Below, piece after piece: positions 35,700-47,419 of a DNA stretch of 64,000 bases (position 1 is the first letter of the stretch; each line of letters starts with the position of its first letter). Both the position numbers and the translations under genes were made by a program. The stretch comes from Octopus bimaculoides. Taxonomy: Eukaryota. The notes under the pieces were generated by a model. The model saw only the letters and a program-made list of their open reading frames with translations. It made no database searches and was not told the DNA's origin. Location of the stretch: contig NC_068999.1 in the NCBI RefSeq assembly GCF_001194135.2, positions 33,220,010-33,284,009 on the forward strand, given 5' to 3'.

Positions 35700-38468
35700 G
35701 AAGAGAGAAAGTAGGTGTCAATGAAGAGAGGAGGGGAGTTGAGCCCATATGGTGCAAAGGAGCGAAGAGCGAAGATTAATTTCTGTTTACGGTGAGGGCG
35801 GGAGTCCGGATGGCCTCTGTGCAAAGACAGTCCGAACACAGATAAGTGTTGCAGTGAATGACCGGTAGAGTGGAAATGATGCGAGAATGGGGTGTCATTA
35901 CCGTGTCTGTTGTCTCGGAGGTGCTCCGCGAACCGGTCAGCCAAGCGGCGTCCCGTTTGACCGATGTACAGAGAGTGGCAGAACGAGCCGGAAGTGCAGT
36001 AAATGACGTTGCTAGAAGTGCAGGTAAAGGAGACCTGCCTCTATCTCTCCAACACTGCGTTGGAGAGGTCCTCTACCTCTCCAACACTACGTTGGGGAGG
36101 TAGGGACAGGTACGGCAGCGTGGGCGGGAGCAGGGGAACGAGCCAGGCTAGGAGGTGGGTTAAGGAAGAAACTGTGGGCCAAGAGGTTGTGGGCTCATTT
36201 GAAGGAGGGAAGGGGTAGNNNNNNNNNNNNNNNNNNNNNNNNNTTGGCGAAGTTGTGCGAGGTCAAGGGGCAGGATGGAGGGAGAGAGAACAGAGGCACA
36301 GTCCGCGGAACGTGGCCTGACAAGGGCTGTGTGGATAGTGGTGAGGGGATATCCACGAAAGATGAAGTGACGAGCCATGAGTTGAGACTGAGTCTCAAAG
36401 TCATGGTTGTCACTGCAGAGCATGCGCAAACGGAGGAATTGGGAGTAGGGGATGGAGACCTGTGTGTGTGTGTAGGGTGGGAGGAAGAGAAGTTAAGGTA
36501 GAAGTGTGAGTCGGTGTTTGTAGTGGATGAAGGTAGTGAGAGCGGAGTGGTGTATGCTAACAGAAATGTCGAGAAATGCAACGGAAGTGTTGGAAATAGT
36601 GCAGAAGAATTCGAGGGCAGGATGGAAGGATTGGACAAAAAAGAGAAAGGGCTCTTGTTGTTCGCAGGATAGAGACGTTGCACCGATACAGTCATCAATA
36701 TAACGACCGCATAGTTCGGGAGTGGAACCAGTGAATCATGAGAATATTTGGGCCTCAATGTAGCCAACGAACAGGTTCGCATAGTTGGGGCCCATTCTTG
36801 TTCTCATGTCCACTCCCGAAACCTGTTGATAAAAATCACCCGCGGACGAGAAGCAGTTGAGGGAGAGAACAAGTTCGGCTAAACGAAGAAGTGTGGACGT
36901 GTCAGGTTGGGTGTTGGGTCGAAGGTCTAGAAACTGTTGAAGTGCAAGAAGTCCTTCGTTGTGTGGGATTAGCGTATATAAACTCTTGATATCAAGAGTG
37001 AAGAGAAGTTTAGAGGGGCCAGGAGGGAAGGAGAAAGAGTCAAAGAGACGGAGAGCATGGTTAGTGTCGTGGATGTGAGAGGGGAGGGAAGCCACTGGGT
37101 GGGGGGCAAGGACACGGTTGAGGTATTTAGAGATCAATTCTGTGGGGCAGTTATAGGCAGAGACGATGGGGCGGCCAGGGTTACTAGGCTTGTGGATTTT
37201 GAGAAGGAAGTAAAAGGTGGGGGTGTGAGGAGTGCGGACAATGAGGTTGGAGGTGGTGGGAGGGAGACGGGAAGAAGAGATAAGGTCATGGATAGTGGAG
37301 GACACAGTCTGTTGGTAGTTAGGCGTGGGGTTGTAGGGCAGAGGGCAGTAGAAGGAGGTGTCTTGAAGTTGGCGGAGAGCTTCAGCTTTGTAGAGGTCTG
37401 CGCGTCATACCACCCTTGTCGGCCAGTTTTATGATGATGTCCTTGCGGCGTCGGAGACATCGAAGGGCTAAGTGTTCGGCCGGGGTAAAATGTCAGGGAC
37501 GCCTGCGAAAGTTGAACCGGTTCACAACACGATGGAAGATGCTTGCAAAATGATCAACTGCTTAGAACTGGCCAGGAGCTGGCGTCCAGTTAGATGGTTG
37601 GCGGCCCAGATCGGTGAAGCAGTCCTCTTCATTAGATGCAGGTGGAACGTTGTGGAATAGTGCATATAGCCTGATGCGGCGCACAAAGCTATGAATATCA
37701 ACACGGGTCTGAAATTTGTTACTCGATGAAGTGAGGGGGATGAAGCGAAGACCCTTACTGAGAAGGGAGCGCTCCGCCTCAGAGAGGAGAAGATCAGGAG
37801 GAATGGTAACAACAGACTGAAGTAGAGAGGGGGTGGATATGTTAGATATGGGAGGGATGGTGGGGGCAGTGGAAGGTTGGGAGGAGAGAGAGGAGGAGTA
37901 AGTGCGTGAGTTTGGAATAATGGAAGGGTGTGGATGAGGATGAGAAGGGAGTGGATCGTGGATGGAGGGGGATGGAGGAATAGGTGGGTGTAGTGGCATC
38001 GGGTGGGACAGAATGAAGGAGTGAGTGGAGTTTACGTTGTTTAGTGCGAGTGAGGAACTCGTGGTAAAGATGATTTAATTTGAGTTTGAAGCGTAGAGTG
38101 GAATGTGCAACGGAAGGTGAAAGGCAGGAGACAAAGATGGGATAAGTGAGAGGTAAAAGGCGGTCGAAGGTGTGTATTTTGGAGAGAGTAGAACGAATGG
38201 TGGCACGCATAAGGCGGTAGGAAGTAGTACAAAGTATGGGTACGATGGCAGAAGCAGAGTGGAAAGTGGGGTGGAAACCTTTGGGGATGAGGTGGTGGTG
38301 AAGGTAGTGACTGAGAAAGGAAACATGACTAGAGAAGCGTGTTTTTAAAAAGAAGATTAATAGAAGGGAAAGATTAATAGAAGGTTGAAAGCAGCGGAAA
38401 GGAAGCGTGGAAAGGTGTTTCTTTAGGCGGTGCTGAAGGTGGGAGAGGAAAATTTTGTAATTGGGCAT
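35700..38468 (-). pseudogene. PLE RT/GIY-YIG polyprotein, frameshifted
   Basis: ORFs 37842-38468, 37562-37999, 36736-37305, 36160-36429 and 35672-35944 chain in order. Confidence 0.92.
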
Positions 38469-38469
38469 G

Positions 38470-38759
38470 CTGGAAAAAGGAGAAAAAAGAAAAAAGGAGA
38501 GAGAAAGGCAAAGTAATAACGTACGGAGTATAAAAGTTCAAAAAGTTAAAAAGTCGTGAAGAGAAGAAAAAAGGGGAGAAAAGGGGAGAAAAGGAGAAGA
38601 AAAAAGAGACGAAGAAAAGGAGAGAGAGAAAGATAAAGTAATAACGTACGGAGTATGAAAAATGAGAAAATTCAAAAAGTTCAGAAATCGTGGTAGATTG
38701 GAGCGATTTTACATCAACGGAAAAGTCCAGTGAAATCTGTGACAGTAGAGTCAGCATAC
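38470..38759 (-). other. Predicted 290-nt spliceosomal intron in the PLE 5' UTR
   Basis: Donor GG|GTATGC at 38759; long pyrimidine tract ending TTTTTCCAG|C-ATG at 38470. Confidence 0.6.
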
Positions 38760-39191
38760 CCAGTGGTAGTCCATGTGCATTACCACTGTAGATGAGGAAA
38801 GGTGCAGAAAGTTCAGGTAGTAGTTAAGATGTGTAAGGGCAAAGAGTAGGAAGTCAAAGCAGGATACAACTGAGGTGAGCACGTGAGCGTAAAATATATA
38901 GTTGAAATTTATAGAAAACCAAAAGACAGGTGTATAAACAGCAAGCAGGTGTATTAGTTTGACGCTCGAGGAAGTGAAAAAGTCTTTTACCTTTCGAGCC
39001 TACGCCCTTCAACAGAAAGGAACACGAGAAAATAAAGAGAGAGAATAAAAAAACTTTTGGATTTAGCGGTTAAGCATGGTGACTGATTAGAGAAAAAGTT
39101 TGAAAGAAGGGGAGATAATAAAGTATTGGTGATCCCAAAACGAAGTGTATGTGTGTAGATAGGGGCTAGTGACTTCTGCGTGTGTGTTGTG

Positions 39192-39225
<34 letters not shown>

Positions 39226-39937
39226 ATGCGCGCGCGCGCGTGTATGTAAGTATGTGCGTCTGTAACGTGTGGATACTCATATAGTGGTATGTGCGGTGAC
39301 GCTATTGAAGATTGTGTGTGAGCGTGTGGATGATGGTGTGTGGTGTGGGTGCTGAGAAGTGGTCAGTGCTAATGTGTGTGCATGTGTAAGTGTGTGTGCA
39401 TGTGTAAGTGTGTAAGTCTATACATACATACAAAATGCACTTATGTACACATATCTCATCATTGTGAAGTTTTACGTATCTTACGCATACTTTTTGCGCA
39501 TATATTATGGAATTGCGGGTATTTTGCACACATATTTTACATGTTGTCTACATATTTCTTATACATATATTTTAACGTAGAGTTTACAAATCATTTACAC
39601 ATATCTTAACGTCGAGGTTGTAAAATTTCGCGGTTGTTGAATGGTAAGTTCATCTATATCATATAATGTCCTGGGTATATGTAATGTTCATATATTTGTG
39701 TGCTGAGGCAGCTCAGTATGAGGGCATGTGTCTTTTATGCATAGAGTTCATATGATGCATATAGTTAATGTTCATAGTCAGAGAAGGAAACCTATCCAGG
39801 TTATTGTGATTTTACGTGCCTTTTCGTGTTTTAATCCACAATGGAGACGAACGCCTATCATGTGATAGGCGTGATAATTGTCAAAGGTTTCTTTAACACG
39901 AAACCATTGGTAGCCTTAATTAATAGAATTTGTTAGC

Positions 39938-40011
39938 GGGCAGTTTAGCTTAAAGGTAAAGCACTTTGACCCATAATCACGGAGATGTGAGTTCGAGTCT
40001 CATGGCTGGCC
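39938..40011 (+). tRNA. tRNA-Met(CAT)-like sequence, probably a pseudogene or repeat-borne
   Basis: D-stem GCTT/AAGC; anticodon loop CC-CAT-AA; T-arm GTGAG-TTCGAGT-CTCAT; mismatches in the acceptor and anticodon stems; TTTTT at 40021-40025. Confidence 0.55.
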
Positions 40012-40554
40012 GCTAACAAATTTTTCTGCAATATAAGGATGATTTATCCTATTTTGTGTTATTCAGTATTATTATTCTGCGTTTGAGAATAAAATATTTC
40101 CATGTCTGTCTGTCTGTCTGTATGTATGTATATATTTGAAGCAAGAGTTGTTACATTTTTCTGCTACACACAGACGCACACACACACACATGTGTGTATG
40201 CGTGTGTGTGTATATATATATGTATGTATTATAATCTATCTATCTATCTATCTCTCTCTCTATATATAAAAGTTCAATTAGAGGTTAAATAAACCTCATT
40301 AAGGGATAGTAATATCCAATGAATTTACTAGTTTATTACCTCTATTACTTGTTTTGAATATTAATTTTAATACTCATAAATTATAGGTAATTAGATAAAC
40401 CGATGTTTATATTTATTTAAGAAAAATAAGAAAATAGAGATTAATTAATTAATAATTATATAGGGATTATGTCTATTTTTGCAATTAATAAATATAATTA
40501 TTAATTGATTAATGTCTATTTTCTTATATATATATATATTTAAGATATATATGT

Positions 40555-40710
40555 TTATATGAGACAGTCCGACTATGAGATCCGTTCACAAGGTTTTGGT
40601 CATCCAGGGTCTGCTGTAGGAAACACTTGTCCAAGGTGCCACACAGCAGGCCTAAATCCAGAGCCATGTGATTGGAAACCAAAGTTCTTACCATATAACC
40701 ATACCTGCTG
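40555..40710 (-). mobile_element. SINE family B head, degenerate
   Basis: CACAAGG..CACTTGTCCAAGGTGCCAC..TTCTTACCA. Confidence 0.7.
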
Positions 40711-40999
40711 CACACATGCATAAATGCACGCACACACACACACACGCGCGCGCACGCACACACACACGCACACATACATATGCATATATATATAAATGTG
40801 TTTGTATGTGTGTGCCATCGCACGCGCATACACACACACACAGACACACACACACACACACACACAAATGCACACGGATACACTCGCGCACGTGTGTTAG
40901 TCTCTATATGCGTGTATGTGTATATGTGTATGCGTGAGTGTGTACATGTTGCGTTTTGCAGAAACAATAAAAGTTCCAGACTAAGTGTATTGTGTTACA

Positions 41000-41135
41000 T
41001 TCCGTGTTCGAATCTCATCACACTTGGCTTTGCCTTTCATTCCTTTGGGCATCGTAAAAATATGATACAGTCAAATACTGGAATCGATCTAATCGATAGC
41101 GTCGTCTCATAATTTGTGGTCTTGTGCCAGTGTGT
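41000..41135 (+). mobile_element. Degenerate SINE family A
   Basis: GTTCGAATC..CTTTGCCTTTCATTCCTTT..GGTCTTGTGCCA. Confidence 0.6.
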
Positions 41136-41149
41136 CAGTGTTAGTAATC

Positions 41150-41150
41150 A

Positions 41151-41183
<33 letters not shown>

Positions 41184-41268
41184 TGCGTGCATATATATAA
41201 ATACGTGCATGTGTGTGTGTGTATGTATACATATACACACGTGTATATGAGTGTGTATATGTATATAC

Positions 41269-41304
<36 letters not shown>

Positions 41305-42460
41305 NNNNNNNNNNNNNNNNNNNNNNNNNNNNNNNNNNNNNNNNNNNNNNNNNNNNNNNNNNNNNNNNNNNNNNNNNNNNNNNNNNNNNNNNNNNNNNNN
41401 NNNNNNNNNNNNNNNNNNNNNNNNNNNNNNNNNNNNNNNNNNNNNNNNNNNNNNNNNNNNNNNNNNNNNNNNNNNNNNNNNNNNNNNNNNNNNNNNNNNN
41501 NNNNNNNNNNNNNNNNNNNNNNNNNNNNNNNNNNNNNNNNNNNNNNNNNNNNNNNNNNNNNNNNNNNNNNNNNNNNNNNNNNNNNNNNNNNNNNNNNNNN
41601 NNNNNNNNNNNNNNNNNNNNNNNNNNNNNNNNNNNNNNNNNNNNNNNNNNNNNNNNNNNNNNNNNNNNNNNNNNNNNNNNNNNNNNNNNNNNNNNNNNNN
41701 NATATAGATAGATAGATAGATAGATAGATAGAGAGAGAAGGCGCCAAACACTATTTAGCCCTTTTGTTTTGTCTCTTTTCGTCTTCCTCTCTTCCCTTTT
41801 AATAGGCTTTTTACTGGTTTTATTTGTTATTCTATCTTTTTGTCTCACTGTACCCCTTTGTCTTCGATTCGTTATCTTTCAATATTGGTATGTTTCTTGT
41901 GTTTGTCTCTCTTTACGACTCTTTTTGTCTGCTTGTCTGCTTGTGTGTATGTGTCTCTCTCACTCTATCAGTTTAAGTCTCACCCCCTTTGTCACATATT
42001 CTTATGTATGTTTCTTTTTCTCTCATTCTTTCTGCATCTCTCTCTCTCATCTGTTGCATCTCGATTTCTCTCACACCCACCCCCTCTACATCTATACTAT
42101 CTCAGATTTCTCTTACCCTTCATATACTTCCCCTTCCACACTTTCATCCTCACTCATTCACTCACTCACTCATTCACCCATTCATTCATTCTCTCACTCA
42201 CTCGATCGCTCGCTCACTCACTCGCTCATTCACTCATTCACTCACTCACTCACTCACTCACTCAGTTTATGTCATTTTTCACCCCTCTCTCTCTTTTTTC
42301 CTCCATCCTTTCCTTTTCACCTGGGTTACAGCACTCTTCCACCCCCAACTCCTCTTTCCACGTGCAACCACTCTTCTATATCCCGTCGTTCCGCGTCCTG
42401 TGTGTGTATGTGTGCATACATTCATGTGTGCATACGTATGTATTTATATACGTGAGTATG
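41150..42460. repeat. Microsatellites, an N gap and a CT/(CACT)n-rich low-complexity tract
   Basis: Direct reading. Confidence 0.9.
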
Positions 42461-42549
42461 TGTTTGTCGACTACAACTGATGCCTACAACACATGATCAC
42501 ACTAACACCGACACCAGCTGCACAGCACAGCGAGTCATTGCCATTCACA

Positions 42550-42692
42550 GTCAGACTTGACAGCTAGCTAGTTACGCGAGGGTCAGTCTTGTGTGGTTTG
42601 AACCACATCATCAGCACGAACACAACTGTATTGTCAATAGCCCTTAATATTCACCTCCCTAATACTGCATCACAACCGGTACATTTACAAGG
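42550..42692 (+). promoter_or_regulatory. Candidate TSS region and non-coding first exon
   Basis: TE-free; Inr-like TCAGTC near 42584; donor AGG|GTGAGG at 42693 (alternative CG|GTAATT at 42740). Confidence 0.35.
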
Positions 42693-43173
42693 GTGAGGAA
42701 ACAACGAAAGACTACCCCACTGGTTTTCTTTCGATATCGGTAATTATTTGGAAGTCTTTCTTCATCTTTAAATTAACACCTAGCAATCGTATTTGCGACG
42801 ATCGTTCATATACATGTGTCAAACACAGAAATATTAAGATATATACGATTAATTACAGGTGTAGAATTGTACCGATCGATATAAATATATATTTGTCAAC
42901 CCTTACAGAAGGCGTTGGTGGTCTTAAGTGTGATGTTTTGGGGATTGACTTAATGTTGTTGCTGCAGATGTTGATGTCACAGTAGCTTCTATTATTGCAA
43001 CAGTTGTTATTATTGAAGTTGCTGTCACTGGTTTTGTTCGCCCTGTTATAAATTGCTATTTGTTGACGGTGTTGTGACCTGCATTCGTCAAGGTGTGACA
43101 CCGACTCGAAACTATAACCAGCTGAGTGTTTGTACCCGCCACAGAACCAACCATACCATACCATACAACAGTG

Positions 43174-43259
43174 ATGTCGGTTGTTCTTACTGCTTTCCGC
43201 AATTCCAAGACTGCCAAAGCCAAGAAAGAACAACTGAAAAAGAAAAAGACGAAAGATCG
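43174..43259 (+). CDS. Candidate first coding exon of an unidentified host gene (MSVVLTAFRNSKTAKAKKEQLKKKKTKD-R, phase 2)
   Basis: ATG with a purine at -3; coding-like Lys-rich sequence; donor CG|GTAAGT at 43260; upstream acceptor CCCTTACAG| at 42908. No downstream exon identified. Confidence 0.5.
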
Positions 43260-43409
43260 GTAAGTCATTTTCCATAAATGTGTATGCATGCACGCACGCA
43301 TGTATGTATGTATGTATGTATGTATGTATGTATGTATGTATGTATGTATACCTCTCTCTCTATTTATATATACACACACACACACATACGTACACACACA
43401 CACGTCTGC

Positions 43410-43461
<52 letters not shown>

Positions 43462-43625
43462 GTGTATGTGCGCGTGGGCGTCTGAAGATTGAAAGCACCA
43501 AACTCGGAGTAATCATTTGTGAAGCTTCAGCCTCATAATATAAATCTCTGTTTATTTATTTTGAGCATATTCTTCTTGCTTACTTGCGTGCGTGTGCGCG
43601 TGTGTGTGTATACACGTGCACCCTG

Positions 43626-43960
43626 ACATGGCAGAGTGGTTTAGAAGTTCGTCTCACAATCATGACATTCTGGATTCGTTTCCACTGCTTGGCATCTTAG
43701 ACAAGTGTCTTTTATCATTAGAGCTTTTGGTCTTGCTAAGTTTTAGAAATAACCCTGGGTAGGCAGAAAGTGAGGAACTCCGTCGGGATGCACTATAATT
43801 GTAATTGAATTGTCTAGTCTTGTCATGCATCGTCACGCTGGTTTCGCATGAGAATTACATGAAGTGTATATGTGTGTGCGGGATACTCAACCACACTCAC
43901 TAAAACTCAGTGAGAAGGCAGTTCACATGATCGAATACTTATATACTGATGGGCTAAAAA
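43626..43960 (+). mobile_element. Degenerate tRNA-headed SINE (B-like head, different body)
   Basis: TGGCAGAGTGGTTTAGAAG..GGATTCGTTTCC..CAAGTGTC head. Confidence 0.55.
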
Positions 43961-44039
43961 GAGATCCACTTACTGCACGGAACTCGCAGCCCCTGAGACA
44001 CTTTGTAACTTCTGCTGATTAATAATTACAAAAATAATT

Positions 44040-44160
44040 GTTTTAGATTTTGGCACAAGGCCTGCACTTTTTTAGGTGAGGGGTCAAGTCGACCGTATTG
44101 ATCCTTAACTGGTACTTTATTTTATCGATACCGAATGGATGAAAGGCAGAATTTGAATTC
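44040..44160 (-). mobile_element. SINE family A fragment
   Basis: TTGGCACAAGGCC..ACTGGTAC..GATGAAAGGCA. Confidence 0.8.
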
Positions 44161-44201
44161 AACGTCTTAATAGAATTTGAACGTCTTAATAAAAATAATA
44201 A

Positions 44202-44296
<95 letters not shown>

Positions 44297-44466
44297 AAGG
44301 TAGAATAACATTTCTTTACTAGTCTTAATTATCGCAACTGTCTAACGAGCGGTTACGTTGAATTTTGAGTAACAGTTGGTGAAGTTTTTTTTCAATTTTA
44401 ACAAATTAGTATACATATTTAGACTAATGGACTAAGCGGAGCAAGAGCACACACGAAGACGGAATG

Positions 44467-44511
44467 TGTCGCTGAAGAGGTCACAGATGTGTGGCGAAAG
44501 ATTTCCGGACA
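44467..44511 (+). ncRNA. Orphan hammerhead-like motif
   Basis: TGTCG-CTGAAGA-G-GTCAC(AGATGT)GTGGC-GAAAGATTTC-CGGACA. Confidence 0.4.
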
Positions 44512-44782
44512 ATGGACATGAGCTAAAATAAGAACAATAATAAACGAGAGGAGAACGAATATATATATAGTGCGTGTGGTTTATTAGGGGGGAAATAAAT
44601 GACCGTCCTGAAATACAATATCTGTTTCAACACAGGAATCTTGCAACACAAATTCATAAATGTGTCAGTATGTATGTGTGTGTGTGTATACACACACACA
44701 CACACACACACAATACATACATACATATATACAAGTAAGCACATAAAGCAAGGTGGAAAAATAGTATTCGAATACCAAAGAT

Positions 44783-44941
44783 AGAGTATGTGCTGTGTGG
44801 TAACGAGTTTGCTTCCCAACCATAAGGTTCCGTGTTCAGTCCTACTGCGTGGTACCTTGGGCAAATATATCTTCTCCTGTAGCCTCGAGCCGATCAGTCT
44901 TGTGAGTGGATTTGGTAGACGGAAACTGAAAGAAGCCTGTC

Positions 44942-44945
<4 letters not shown>
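44783..44945 (+). mobile_element. SINE family B head
   Basis: GCTGTGTGGTAAC..GTTCAGTCC..GGATTTGGTAGACGGAAACTGAAAGAAGCC. Confidence 0.88.
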
Positions 44946-45013
<68 letters not shown>

Positions 45014-45336
45014 CCAGACACGTTACAGATTAGACTTCATTAAATAATGTACCGGTAAATAAAAACCAAGTTCTCAAAGTAGAATGACCGAAGAAGAACT
45101 GGGTGGATTTGCTACTTCCATCAAATCTGAAACCTTTTTGCTGTCAGTCCTAGAATGCACGTTGTCATTATTATTGTCCAAATAACATAACAAGGGATTT
45201 TATCTTCAGAGAGATATCTGAATCCAGCTGTTATTTTCGTCAGCACTATTGTTATGTTGCCATTTTTTGTTGTGAAGCTCAGATTAAACAGTCTCAACCA
45301 TGTCCACTTTATCCTTTATTCAGACATGACATATAT

Positions 45337-45508
45337 CAGTGCTCCGCAACCTTTTTCCTCTTGCGGTACACTTATAGTCTTTTCAAAATTCAGCACCACA
45401 ACTAAAATTATAACTAAAAGTATTGGGAAAAAAATTATATTCACGCTACACTGCAGCACACCTAGCATCCACACCAGTGTGCTGTGGCATACCGGCTGCG
45501 GAGCACTG
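45337..45508. mobile_element. hAT-like MITE
   Basis: TIRs CAGTGCTCCGCAACC / GGCTGCGGAGCACTG; no convincing 8-bp TSD. Confidence 0.7.
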
Positions 45509-46669
45509 ATATGTACAAGACAGGGCTATTCAGTGTGTCCTTTACTTTTGAACGATGTGTAATTGAAGAAGATTTGACTGCTATTTCTAACAAGTTGAGC
45601 GACCACTAAAAGGTTCACTGTCCGGTACCTATTGCTAATGCAATTATGGTTATTGTTGCGTTTGTTATTGCTCTTTGTTGATGTCTAAATAGCTCTGGTC
45701 ACGTATTGTTACAGGAACGAGTGTCCGTTGTGAACACTATGATACTGGACAGTGCTGGATTGTCTGCATGATATTGTTACAACTGCAACATGCACACACT
45801 GGTATATATTTATACACACACATACACAGAGTAGACACATGAATGTTGTCATGTTTCAGCACACAGGAACATAAACATGCATACATACAGGCGCATGATC
45901 ACACATACACAAACATATTGGCACGCGTTTAAAACACATACACACAAACCTATTAACACATATAGACACAAACACTACCCCGTATACACACACGCACATC
46001 CGCCACACAAACAGACGTTTCTACATATAGACAACAAACATTTAAACACTTAGGCGCACGTTTAGACAATCAGTCGATATAGTCGCACAGGCACCCGTTG
46101 GCTATACAGGTAGGCGTTTAGTCTCACAGAGACAGACGTTATACACGCACATACATGTCTAGATACAATGCTATACGTCTAAATACAGACAGTACATAAG
46201 CATACACTCAAACATGCATATAAGTGTACACACATGCACATTGTTACCGAGAGAAAATACATGTATAATATGTCGTATCTGTTTATCGATAGACACAAAT
46301 GCAATCTATAAACACATTGTGCTCTCTCTCACACACACGTACTTTTAGTGATAACAACAACACTGATGCAGCAAGCTTTATCTCGACGTCGTGCATAACC
46401 TACAGTAGGTATAGCAATATCTGAACTGTGCTTAAATAACAACAGTAGATGCAACACTATCAAGACTTGGTGTATGATAATAATAATATATAGACTGTGT
46501 ATACAGTAAATATCACAGTATCGAATTGAGTGTATAATAATTTAATTAAATATAGCAATATTGAATTGGATGTATAGTAATTATAGCAGATATGGCACTG
46601 TCAGACTGGGTTCCATTTGAAGCATGGATATACTATGTTCAAACTGAGACAAGAGCACAAAAATTAGAA

Positions 46670-47170
46670 ATAGCTATGATACCCTCAGCAATTGTAAACA
46701 TCATTTATGTATGACACTCTCTACAGAAATAAACATTATCACATGATACCATCTATAATTATAAATGCTATCACATAATAACTACCACCCTTTAGTTATA
46801 AAAATTATCATGCAGGTATGATATCATCTATAGATGGAAACAATATTACATTTGTATGACACCATCTTTAGTAATGAACATTATTGCATAAGTATGATAC
46901 CCTTACATTATCACATATGTATGTTATCACATATAGTGAAAAACACCATCGTATAGGTATGATACCCTAATAGTTATAAACATTATCACATAGGTATGAT
47001 ACCCCTGATAAGTGTAAATATTGCACATCTATGATACCACCTACAGTTATAAACATTGTTACATATGTATTTGATATCAGCTTTAGTGAAAAACATTATA
47101 ACTTATTTATGATATTGCTATAAATATTAGCATACATGTATGTTATCCCTATAATTATAAGCATTATAAC
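46670..47170. repeat. Degenerate ~36-38-bp minisatellite (AAACATTATCACATAGGTATGATACC..)
   Basis: GTATGATACC and AACATTATCAC recur at ~37-bp spacing. Confidence 0.7.
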
Positions 47171-47419
47171 ACAACCCTCGAAAGGAACAATAAAATACCC
47201 AGTATTATCAAATAGTGTTGAGGTTTGTGAATTATGTTTTCGCACATCCAATATTTTCACAACTTACACCTAACTATATACTTGTTGCACAATATTGCAT
47301 GTGATGCGACATTGTGCATCATAACAATCATACATATTACATATAATGCATGTATTCATGCATATACACACACACATACATACATACAAACATACATACA
47401 TACATACATACAAACATAT

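Larger units (their letters stand above)
35078..39372 (-). mobile_element. Near full-length Penelope-like element (Neptune-like) with two direct pseudo-LTRs
   Basis: pLTRs ~35078-35580 and 38901-39372; ORF from ATG 38468; RT (PGRPIVS, LDIKSLYTLIPH, GRYIDD); GIY-YIG (NVIYC..LYIGQTGRRLADRFAEH). Confidence 0.95.

Noticed and set aside
39845-39875. GAAC-GCCTATC/GATAGGC-GTG as a hammerhead half
   Set aside because: GAAA is incomplete, the triplet is GUG and there is no CUGANGA strand.
43017-43090. CCHWFCSPC..VTC RING-like peptide on +
   Set aside because: The final Cys pair is incomplete, a stop lies just upstream with no acceptor, and TGT-rich composition explains it.
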